Shown here: positions 26,190 to 37,338 of the stretch, one piece after another
Layout: each line of letters begins with the position of its first letter
Numbering within the stretch: position 1 is the stretch's first letter
DNA from: Tubulanus polymorphus
Lineage: Eukaryota; Animalia; Nemertea
Reading direction: 5' to 3'
NCBI RefSeq assembly: GCF_964204645.1
Contig: NC_134027.1
Location: forward strand, 16,400,485-16,464,484
DNA: 64,000 bases
Translations under genes and position numbers: made by a program
The notes under the pieces: model-generated
Told to the model about the DNA's origin: nothing
The model's database searches: none
What the model saw: only the letters and a program-made list of their open reading frames with translations

Positions 26190-27128
26190 CCCTTTAATAC
26201 TTTTATCTTTTCATTGAAAAATCTCCCCTGTACTTTGGATTTTTTGTCCCAGAATTTTACGACCTTCTCTTTCCCAATAAAAAGCTCAGAAAAATCTAAC
26301 CACTAGGCTTAGGCTTATGAAGTTAACTTTTTCTATCAGCTTACATCATAGGCTAACAAAATTAACTACTATCTGTCTTCTATAATGCATTCTAGCAAGG
26401 ATGCTGTTGCCATGGAAATGGACCGTTTTTCAAGAAAATTTGGAAAAAAAGCATAAACCATTTCAATTTTGAAAATTTTCAGTAATATATCATTCATTGC
26501 AGTGCATAAATCTCAGTTTTGTCTGCCCATAATGTCTGAGGTAACTATAACAAAAAACTATAACACAATAGGTCAATGTTATCATCTCGAATGGTTGACC
26601 AAACAAAAATATAATGTAATATATAGATCTACTTTATTTCGGTTTATTTTTTCCTAGCAGGGGGTGCCCTTTGTTTTTTAGGGTTATTGAAAGCAAAATT
26701 GGGCATGTATGGGAAGCGAGCATAACCTGGGTCAGGACATTATCATTAGAAAATTTATGTACTAAGAAAAGGTGTAGAATGCTTATGTTGACTACTAGAC
26801 AGCTATTTCCATCAATAAAATGCATAATATCATCACTATCACTGTCTAAATTACTAGTGTCTGAGTCGAAGAATGTAGGGTCACTTATTGTCACAAGAAG
26901 AGTAGTTCTACTATATGATATTATCCTTCAAAATCCTGTAGAACTTAAAAAAATATTGATAAAAATGTTTTCCTGATGCTTTACATTGACCTTGAATCTC
27001 CAGAGTTTGAATAATGTTGTTCCTACCAGAGAAAATTACTCATTTGCCAAAGTACATATTTATATGTATCAAAGTTTTAATGCAATTTGAATATGATACA
27101 TATAAATATGTATCAAAGTCTTAAAGGG
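26190..27128. mobile_element. Non-autonomous piggyBac-type element
   Basis: TTAA TSD at 26186-26189 and 27129-27132; TIR CCCTTTAA(T/G)ACTTT; no transposase ORF. Confidence 0.7.
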
Positions 27129-27211
27129 TTAATATGCTCCAGCGCTGTGGCGCTGTCGCAATAACAAGGGTTTTTTTCACCCTCTCTCTTCCAACCCCAA
27201 CAACGAGAGTC

Positions 27212-27570
27212 ATGGCGAGTAGCAGTCGGCAGAGCGTTTCTCCCCCGAGAAAACAGCCGATACTGACGAAGAAGACCAACCAGACCAGTAACAGAAACTC
27301 GACTGCGACACCTATACACATCTCCGAAAAACAACTGAAGCAAATTCTTGACCAGAAAACTACGACGCCGCGAGACGACCATGCGCTGTATGCGAAACTG
27401 GACGAGATTATTAATAAACTGAACAAGCTAGACAATCTCGAAAAAAACATGAATGACGTTAAGCAGTCACTCGAATACTGTCACGAGGACGTGAGGCTTC
27501 TTAAGCAGGAGAATGAGATTCTGCGTAACAAAGTTCAGCATCTAGAAAAACAGGTAGCGGACCAAGAAAT
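27212..27570 (+). pseudogene. Truncated LINE ORF1-like N-terminus (coiled coil)
   Basis: S/T/K-rich N-terminus then heptad repeats (LDEIINKLNKLDNLEK...LKQENEILRNKVQHLEKQVADQE). It stops abruptly at the AT-rich Polinton-like DNA. Confidence 0.6.
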
Positions 27571-28062
27571 ATAAAAGTGTGTAAAAGGCATTATATTTGG
27601 TGTAGCATCAGCATTGCGTATCCTTACATCTGGGGTTATTCCTAAAATTTTAGCTAAAGGTTTTTTAACTAGAAATTGATGTTGATCTTCATTACCTAAT
27701 TTTATTCTTATTTTATCAGAGCTATCACTTTTAATCAGTCTTAATCCAAATCCAGCAGATGCACCCATTTTCAACCGAGCTCTTTTATTAATTTCTTGAG
27801 CTAATGTTTCTAAATTATATAATCCTGGTTTAAGATTAAGATGAAACCATTTACTTTTATTTCTATCATGAATTAAAAAGACTCTATGTTCAATAGTTTT
27901 ATCCGATACATTGTAAAAAGAATGACATAAACTTATATTAACTAATTTTAAATCAACACAATTCTTGAATTCTCTATCTAATTGTACTAGTAAATTATGA
28001 GATTTATAATTTGTAAGCCTTCTAGAATCAACAAATATTCTGTATTCTTTTAATTCTACCAT
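27571..28062 (-). pseudogene. Minor capsid (penton-like) protein, C-terminally truncated
   Basis: IFVDSRR...L.L.NISL.HSFYNV...LKPGLYNLETL...LAKILG pattern, recalled as typical of Polinton/NCLDV single-jelly-roll minor capsid proteins. Confidence 0.6.
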
Positions 28063-28079
28063 TTATTTTACATATTTGC

Positions 28080-28433
28080 TTATTCGAAATCTATTTCATG
28101 ATGCCCTTTTTCATTCTTACCTATGTATACGAAATAGAAATCTCCAGAACATAATTCTTCTAAATCTTCAATTGATAATCTATGAAATCTATCCGGTAAA
28201 GATGTTCTGAATTTATGTGTATTTCCTTTTAATCCTTCATATTCTAAGTGTATAACTAATTTATCTCCATATTTGTTAGTAACTGTATCAATATTTGTAA
28301 TTAGATATTTCTTATGGATTGTTAATTCTGTTAACTTTTTGAATTTATAATCTACAGATTTTACATTTTTTATATCTTTAATTCTATCTAGAAATAATTT
28401 GTTGTTCTCACTGTGTGTTTGTTTACTCTCCAT
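28080..28433 (-). CDS. 117-aa Polinton-associated hypothetical protein (possible OB-fold/SSB)
   Basis: Intact ORF with AAAATGG start, directly downstream of pPolB; NKYGDKLVIHLE...SLPDRF pattern. Confidence 0.6.
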   Translation of the reverse strand: MESKQTHSENNKLFLDRIKDIKNVKSVDYKFKKLTELTIHKKYLITNIDTVTNKYGDKLVIHLEYEGLKGNTHKFRTSLPDRFHRLSIEDLEELCSGDFYFVYIGKNEKGHHEIDFE

Positions 28434-28490
28434 TTTAATAACATATTTTTATTAAAACTGAATTAACACGTTAGAATTCTTTTCATAATC

Positions 28491-31400
28491 TCATTCTCTT
28501 TTGTTTCTTCTCTTTTTAAATTTTAAGTATTCATCTAAATTGCAACCATAAGCAACTGTGTGAATTCCATCATCCAGAATATATCTTTTATCATCAAATG
28601 GGTTTAGACTTATCTTTTCAATTTCTTCAATAAACATTTCATGATCTTCAGATCTTAAACATCTCATCTTATGTTTTCTAACTTCTTCATTGAATATACA
28701 ATTGATGTAATCTTTGAAATGAATATTCTTTTCTACTACACTTTTGGAAATTCCTTTTAACTTTTTAGCTTCATGAGTTTTAGTTTTATATGAATACATT
28801 TTAGATCTAATACCTATGAACTCTATCATTTCTTCACCACCTAATTCATCCTTGAATTTACCGGGAACTTTTTTATTATCATTGCTAAACAATTCATGAT
28901 CTTTAGGATAGTTACTAAAATCAAAATGATGTTTTAATGTTTTTAAATCATCAGTTATATCATCAGTTTTTATCTTTAATATGTAAGAATCTGTATCAAA
29001 ATATAATATTTCTATATGTTTTTCTCCAAAAAGTGGTTGTAATATATTATAATAGAATTCATACATTAGTAATTTTGATAATTCTAAAACTGATGCTCCA
29101 ACATAAATTGGTTTATTAAATTTCATTGATGTTCTTCTCATCTTAACTGCAGCTAAATTTTCATCAAATATTCTGTTACCTATAAATTTAGGATATGATT
29201 GTAAATGCCTTATCCTTTTACCATTACTAACTAACTCAATATCATTTCTATTTCTAATATTTTCACAAGTCTTACCATAGAATGCATTATTCATTAACTT
29301 GAAGAAATCTTTCTCGAAATCAGTTTTAGCTTCAGTTCTCTGTTTGGTGTTAAAATCTATATATTTTTCTAACCACTTAGATTGACTAAATGAAATATAT
29401 CTATGTACTTTTTTTAGAACCATTCCTTGTTTTAGATAAAACTTTAACATTCTGTAATGTACTACATAATTATATTTATCTTCTTGAGTTACCATTAACT
29501 TTTCTGTATGAATATGATTTTCAGGTTTAATTCTTTTTTTGGTAATTTGATAATTCTTCATGAGTTACAGTTTTATGTTCGGGGCAGTATGCTAGATTTC
29601 TAGATTTAAATTTTTTATCTTCAGGATATTCTAAATCTACACCAAAGAAGTAACCAGTATCTGAATCATCTGCAATATCTAGAATTCTTTTCTTCCAATC
29701 AAATTTATCATTATTTTCATTCTGTAAAACTTCAGTTAATTCAAATACTCCATAAGTTTGTGGTTCCATCATTGCCCAACCATACAAATTATTTGCATCT
29801 ATATATAATAACTTATATCCGGGGTTATCATTTACATTGAAATATCTATCACCTAATACACCTGAAACTCCTCCTCTTATAGATTTTTCAAATAATAATA
29901 ATTGATCTATATTTGTTAACAAATCCATTTTTATATCTGTAAATTTTAATCCACAATCCCACGTTAATCCTGGGCTAGAATAACAATGACAAGGATCAAT
30001 GTTAAAATATTTTAGGTTTACATCTCTAAACCTTTCGAATATATCAGTTAACAATAATACATCTGATTTTAGATATAAATCTACTAATTGCCCATGATTT
30101 TCTATTTTGAAATGATTCCAAATATTCAATGTTCTATTATATACTTCATCTTTAACATATTCATTTTTTAATTCATCATAGAATTGTTCTTTCAATAATT
30201 CAGTTATGTTAAAATCATTATGATTTTTATAAAATGAATATGGAATTGCGCCTTTATATCTCATTAATTGGAAATCATCATTATTTGGATAGTGTTGTTT
30301 TAATATTTCTAATTCATCATCAACTAATGATTTTGATAAGTTATCTAATGAACTATTTAAAAATCTATATGAATCTATAAATCTTAAACACCCAAATTGG
30401 AATGATATATAATTCTCAGATGTTTTAGCTAACATTCTTAATTTATAAGTTGGTATTTTATCTTTTGATCTATTTGAATTTAATCTTTCTATTTCATTAT
30501 TAATTTCTTCTATTTTATGACATAACTGTTTGATAAATAAATGTGCATCATATCCTGATAGATTATGAAATATAACTGGTACAAAATTAATTTTCTTAGC
30601 TTGTAAGTTACAATTCTCATGTGCAGCGCCTCTAAACTTTCCGTTCAAATGATCATGGTCTCTTACTTTTTTATCTTTATAATTAAATATCTTTTCACAA
30701 TAATAACATTTATCTGCAAACGCAAATGCTTCTTTATCTTCTTCTGTCATTATAATTTCTATATTTGTATTCAGTAATTTACTAAATCTTATTTCATATT
30801 CAATTAATAAGTCACAAAAATGATTGATAACATTTTCATTTCTATAATGATAATATTCACTTTTTATTAGTTCTGGATAATCAGATTTAATATATAACCC
30901 GAAAGCTGCAGCTGATTGATGAATCTTTTTAATAGTATTTGTTTTTGGTGGTTCATCTGAAAAATCATTTTCATTAGAATTTAATTTCTTTCTTTTATAA
31001 TATATTTCTTTTCTATCTTGATCAGTTAGTTCTTCATTTAATGATTCAAAATCTCCATATATAACAAATGGAACTTTATTTTTGTAATCATATTTTTTGA
31101 ATTCTAATATTTCATCCTTTTCATTTGGTAAAACTAATTTACAATAATCATGATTTTCACATAATTGTTTATGATTTAATAATGCACTTTCAGTTCTGAA
31201 TTTAGTTATACATTTTCTACATAGATATATTTTATTATCAAAATCATTTTCTGATTTGAAAAATAAATCAATACGTTTTATCCACATATAATGATTCTCA
31301 TAATATAATATATCTATAACATCGTTTGAATCATAATCTTTTGATAGATATAAAGGTTCTAATGTATAATGTTTTATGTTGTTACCTTTTGTATTTGGTA

Positions 31401-32507
31401 ATTTGATTAAATCAAATACATTTATTCTTAAATTATTATCTCTTTCTATTTTTGGGATGTTTTTAATTCTAACAGGATACTTATCTATCTTATAATTATT
31501 TTCAAATGGTTTATAATGAGTTAATCTAAAACTATGTTGTTTATAATCTTCAACTGGGTGTAAACAACTTATTATAGCCCATAGAAAACATTTATCATCT
31601 TCATTTTGTACATTTATTACAGCATTAGTTTTAAATGGTAGTTTAACATAACTCGATGCTTCAATATCTGGTTCTTTATAATAAGATAAATTATTTTCAT
31701 CTATTGGTTTCGATTTAGTTAACTTATTATATTTTGTGTTATAAATATGTAAAGTCATAAATATTATTTCATCAAATATTAAACCAGATCCTTCAAAATA
31801 TTTCTCTTCTATTTTAGTTTTTACTTCATTATAACATTTATCTAATTTATCATCTATATGTTGTTTAGATATAATATGTTGTGAATGAGAATTTATATTA
31901 TATATTGGTTTATCTTCAGATTTTATAAACTTTACTTTAACTGATATACTAATTTTAGGATATTCAACATCAGTAATTATTTTTATTATTTCTTTCATAT
32001 TTTCTAAATGTTTTTTATTTTCTTCTAATGTTTTTCCTTTATGAAATTTAAACTCAATAGCTGCTGGACCAATATCACTTTTAAATGCTTCGGTTATCTC
32101 TATATCTTTTTTATTATCCAATAAATTAATATATTTTCTTACATCTTCCATGTATGGTCTTTTATTGTTTAATTTATTTTTTATGTTTTTAATTGATTCT
32201 GTTTCTTATCATTATCTTTATCAAAATAATCTTCACCTAAAATATCATTATTCTTATTTCTAATATGACTTTTAGATTTTAAATGTTCTTTATAATATCT
32301 TTTATCACTGAATGATTGATTACATGTATCACATTTATATGTTCCTTTTTCATTCTTTAATTCATCTAATTTAGTTTCTAATATATCATCTTCATATTCT
32401 AATTTCAATTTATTCTCTAAATGTGTTTTAGTTTTATTGTGTCTTGCTTTTTGGGATTTATCTATATTGATATTACATGTTGGGCAGTAGTACTTATTTG
32501 CTTCCAT
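28491..32507 (-). pseudogene. Polinton-type (protein-primed) family B DNA polymerase with N-terminal Zn fingers and an endonuclease VII-like insert; two 1-nt frameshifts (~32208, ~29537)
   Basis: Exonuclease motifs YGDFE, FHNLSGYD, YLKSD; RDHDHLNGKFRGAAHENCN; polymerase motifs DANNLY, KLMNNAFYGKT, YFDTDS, GKFKDE, KGI, DDKR. Confidence 0.92.
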
Positions 32508-32586
32508 TTTAATACTAAAATTTTTATAAAAATTTATTTTAGAAGTTATTCATTTATATTTTATTCATATATATGAATATTTTAAG

Positions 32587-32980
32587 AGTAATAGGGGTTT
32601 AGTTGTTTCAAGTTAAAGGTTGAATGGTCGAGTTCATTAATAACAAATATTAAAAGTAATTTAAAACTATAATATATTTTCATAACCGTGTGTATTTCAG
32701 TTGAATATTATTATTATTTGAATATATTTGATTATATGAATGTGTGTATTGTAAATAAATCAATTGGTCGCGGAGCGGAGCGGTAGCGAAGTGGAGCGAC
32801 CAATTGATTTAATAAAATATGCTTTTAAAATTATTGATATCTTAGAATAAATATTTAGTTTTAATATAAAATGCACACGGTTATGAAAATATATTATAGT
32901 TTTAAATTACTTTTAATGTTTTGTTTTTAATGAACTCGACCGTTCGACCTTTGGCCTGAAACAACTAAACCCCTATTACT
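32587..32980. repeat. Fold-back terminus of Polinton-like element 2 (394 bp) with a GC-rich apex
   Basis: AGTAATAGGGGTTT...AAACCCCTATTACT; long inverted arms; central stem AAATCAATTGGTCGC/GCGACCAATTGATTT. Confidence 0.9.
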
Positions 32981-33639
32981 GGCGTGTTTAGTTTAGGCTT
33001 ACGACTCCCCGGTACACTTATGATTTATCTTAGTAAAAACACGGTAAATTTGGTAAAGAAAAATAGGTATTGCTAAATTAACTGCTTGACGCCCCATTAT
33101 GAGTTTTCCGGTTTGCTCGGCTACCCGTACTGGCGGGGTAGTCTAGATAGGCAAATGAAAGCTCCGGTTTGCTGAACTACCCCTCTTTGCGGGGATGCGG
33201 TATGATGTTTGATCTGACAGTTTCAAGTGGTTAATGGGTGTTTCAAGTGCTTACAACGATGCTTATTACTTAATGTGGTACATGGTGGTTTAAAAAAAGA
33301 TTTCATAATAATACGCTCACCGCGTGGGCTTCGTAGAAAGACCACTACCTGTGACTTTCCCAAATTTTAATTATTCAGTCCGATTTGGTTTCGTCCAATT
33401 GAAAGACTGCCTTTTCCAGTTAGGGCATTTTTGAATCATATCACTCAGGAAATGACTTACGCTTTTGGGCCCTTTCGTCGGTCCCACGTGTTTCATTTGA
33501 GCTATAGACCACATGGTGACACCATGATGGTCAGAAACTGACCAATTGAGATATTCCCGAGTCTGAACACCTGACTGTGAAATTCAGAAATTTATCAAGT
33601 CATGTCAACTACCGAGGTATCATCATTGCAAATTCATAA

Positions 33640-34010
33640 ATTGACCATCACTGACCACCACTGACCAATTCAAGCTTCTCAAATATGAGTTCGATATACC
33701 GCGTTATGGTGTCAAACTAGAAAGGATTCGCCATAAATATTGAGAATTCATAAATTGACCATCACTGACCACCACTGACCAATTCAAACTTCTCGAATAT
33801 GAGAACGATATACCGCGTTATGGTGTCAAACTAGAAAGGATTCGCCATTGAAAATTCAGGAATTGACCATCACTGACCACCACTGACCAATTGAAACTTC
33901 TCGAATGTAAGAAAGATATACCGGTACCGCATTTGGTGTGAAACTAGAAAGCATTCCCCATTAGAATTCATAAATTGACCATCACTGACCACCACTGCCC
34001 AAGTGAAACT
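33640..34010. repeat. ~110-bp subterminal tandem repeat
   Basis: TTGACCATCACTGACCACCACTG at 33641, 33755, 33863 and 33975. Confidence 0.85.
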
Positions 34011-34668
34011 TCTCGAATATCGTCGAATTCGAAAGTGGTTGTCGTCGTATTGTTATTTCTAGAGACCAGCAGTGTGTTTTGCTACTGTTTCTGAATGGCG
34101 TTGACATGATGGAAATATATTACTCCTAAATAGGTTACACATCTGGATCACAGCACCTCACTTGCCGCAGTGCGTTATTTTGACTGCATAGTAATGCTAA
34201 TACATAAACTTTTTTACTACTTGACTCAAAGCTTGACGCGAATCATCTGAACAGTACTGCGTTTGAAAACGAATAGAAAATGTTTGCGAGAAGCACCTAC
34301 AAATAAGTTATGATAAGATTAAATCTATGGTTAATCGATGCTTAAAAAAACAATTAAATCACAGGCAAGATGACTAAGAACCGTCTTTCAACCAATCAGC
34401 GCGATGCCAATTAATTAAATCATTAAACGCATTAGGCTCCTAATATTTGTAATCATTTGTCGTTCTTTAAACTTGGCCACTTTTGTTTCAGAAAACCGCG
34501 TACTAGACCAGTGGTCACCAAGGCATTAAAAAAGTTTTGGAAATTCGATGGTAACGATTTGTCCGTCAAAAAACTGTTTCGTTAATATTTCAAGTTTTTT
34601 TAAACTCTTGTACAGAATTCACTATATGAAAAGTGTTCATAGGAATTGAAATTCGGTGTGATATCAGT

Positions 34669-36397
34669 CGGTTCCTGAACTTCGCTGAAAAAGCTGAAAC
34701 ACTGAAAAGCTGAAACGCTGAAATAAAAACGCTGAAATTTCAGGGAATTTCCGAAAAACGCCGAAATTTCAGGGAATTCCCGAAAAACGCTGAAATCGTG
34801 CTAGGTACCGACAATACACGTTTTGAAATTCTTTCCGGGCCGGTGTCCGCTGCCGAGTCCTGAACCGTCTTTTAGACTCTACCTTCGGTTACAGAGACAT
34901 GCCTTGAGGTCGTCGTCATGTTCGACTTGATCGATTGCGGATTGCGTGGATTGTTAGATGTGTTTTTTGTTTTATGCGCATATACCGGTACGATCTAACA
35001 ATGAAATTATCACTTCATTTGAATAAATTCTTAATTACAGTAATATTAATTCTCAATATTTTTTCTTATATTTGGTGATTTCTTCCAACTTATCATTGCC
35101 AAGTCTCATACAAAAGTAGTAGCTGAATGAAAGTACAGCTAGTAAGGCTGAACCTGATAACCCAAATTAAGTGCTATCATGGAACTTATGACTACTTTGA
35201 CTCTATTTTGGTGTGAATAAAGGTTCAACCGTCATAGTATACTGTACTTAGCATTACTACGATTGGGTGCCATATTTCTACAATCTCTTCAAGGAAGGAG
35301 TCTTGGAGTGTCTTTCGTTCCCGGGTAGGCATCCTCGCTTGCCAGGAGACCAGTATCGCTCCCAAACTCGCTTCCACCTGCCCCCTGGCCTCACGACGCG
35401 CGATTTCATTACCGGCGTTTTAGCGAATGACGTCATATATCAACACGCGACAATACTTCCGTTTTCGCTACGTGTTCGCTGATTGGTCCATTTACCGGGA
35501 AATTCCATAGATGCCAAATGTCGTTTGTAACAAGCGCTGTGATTGGCCCGACCTGATTCTGGTCGGCTAGTAACGACTCGAGCTCAAGCGGTTCGGAGAA
35601 CAGCTTTAGTGTAGTGGGTTCGAATCCCTTGACAGGTGAAGATGCCGGGTAGGGTACGGGGTAAAACCTGGTTTACTTTCTCTGTCTACTTGCTGGAGAC
35701 TACTATCTGCAATGTATTGCAAGTTCTTATTTGTCTGGCTTATGAGAGTCGAACAACGTTTTCCCATACACAGGCTTGGCTTTAGTACTAGATGAAGGCT
35801 AGGCACTGCACATTGTGGATTGACTGGAACTCTAAACTCACAAAATTAAACGAGTCAACAAGAAAGATCCAATTATTTGACGTTTGTCTAATTATATTAT
35901 TTAACAGCTTAAGATAATACTTAACACATTCTACAAGAATACACAAAAGAAATCAGTTCTTACATTATATCAGAATCAATAGTTCGCTTAACTCGGGCTT
36001 GAATTCTGGTTCCATTGCTTTATATTCTAATGAAATTCACTAGCATACCTTAGAATATTGCTTAGCTTAAGATAAAGACGGGGAAGTAAAGTGGGTGTAC
36101 TGTACATCCCCAATTGACTTATTTCTCTCCGGTTGAATCAAGTTATTACTGAAATAGCATTCGAATAGCCATTTTGTTTTTAAAAATTGTGTCGTTCAGC
36201 TATCCTGCTGCAAATTTCGCAGTTCAAGTTAACTAGTGCCATCTGATTTCTCAGTATCTCAAATTTGCACATTCTTAGCCCGAGTCTAAAAATAGAAAAA
36301 AAGTGCATTTAAAGTAGGAAATAAAAGAATAGTGGCTAACACACTCTGGAGATATAGCCTATGGGGTGGGCCTAGTTTGAAAGCACTGAGGTCCGAG
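34669..36397 (+). mobile_element. Truncated copy of the MULE-like element at 55944-58609
   Basis: Near-identical to 55944-57687, including the left TIR; no right TIR. Confidence 0.85.
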
Positions 36398-37338
36398 CAT
36401 TTTCTCTAACTAGGCCCTTTCCGAATGGCAATTGTTTAGTTTTTTAACGGCCGACATTCAGAAGCACCTAAAAACCAGTGGTAGCGCTTGAGATTTTCAG
36501 TGTAGGTTAGGCCACATCTCACATCGACTCGGCTCGCAGTCGGTTCGTTTAATGGGAACACATCTGGTTGACACTAGTTTCACAGTTGACGAAATCAGAA
36601 AACTTTTTTCAAATACCTTTGATAACATCTTAAACATAGTATTCTTCTTAATTACATTTCGTTGATTCCATAGATATGTTTTTATGAAAATTGCTCCAGT
36701 TATAACGGATTCAAACATACATGTGAAATCATTATTTTCAAAATATTCAATTTTCTCCGCTTTTGAAGAAATTCTGACACAATATCATCTGACACATGAT
36801 TTTACTTCGGCGCCTTTAAGGGAGTGTCCCTTAAAGTTGAGTTCTTACTTAGTCAAACAAGGAGATATGCCTGATTCCTTTTTAAAATTTAGATTTCGAC
36901 AGATATCATCAAATTACTAGAAAGGGACAGCAGCGTTCGGTCATCCACGAAAAATACCTAAAATGCAGTCCTAGGGTTATGGAAAAACAGGACACGAAAC
37001 ATACAGAAAAATCCTTTGTTTGGTTGACTGAAATTATTATTGAACTCTTAAATAGCGACATTCAGAGAAACAAAAACATAATAATATAATATATATTTAT
37101 TTCCACTAAATATTACAATATATCATTATACATTATAAAAATGAAGTTGAATGAAATATTTTAATATTAAGCAGGGGAGACTTGAAGAAGCCAGTTAAGA
37201 CTTATGTCAAACGTACAAGTCCCCCAGCACGCAAAGAACCACACTCACACACGCACCCACGCACGCACGCACACATAATAAAGTGATAGATGACAGAAAC
37301 CATAATGATGAAAAACGATAAATATTACAGACACTGAG

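Larger units (their letters stand above)
27571..32980 (-). mobile_element. Polinton/Maverick (adintovirus)-like element fragment, truncated on the left
   Basis: Very AT-rich, tightly packed intronless minus-strand ORFs (pPolB, 117-aa ORF, penton-like) and an AGT...ACT terminus. No integrase, ATPase or major capsid gene in the retained part. Confidence 0.85.

Noticed and set aside
29527-29561. Programmed -1 frameshift at A-AAA-AAG in pPolB
   Set aside because: A -1 slip gives KELNL, not the downstream polymerase frame. A +1 shift is needed, so a homopolymer indel is more likely.
24608-32980. One intact Polinton running from 24608 to 32980
   Set aside because: The termini are different variants, the flanks (CACGTC vs GGCGTG) are not a TSD, and host repeat resumes at 24817.
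35570-35640. tRNA genes at GGTTCGAATCCC motifs (also 2586 and 56892)
   Set aside because: A B-box is present but I could not build a cloverleaf; more likely SINE-like remnants.
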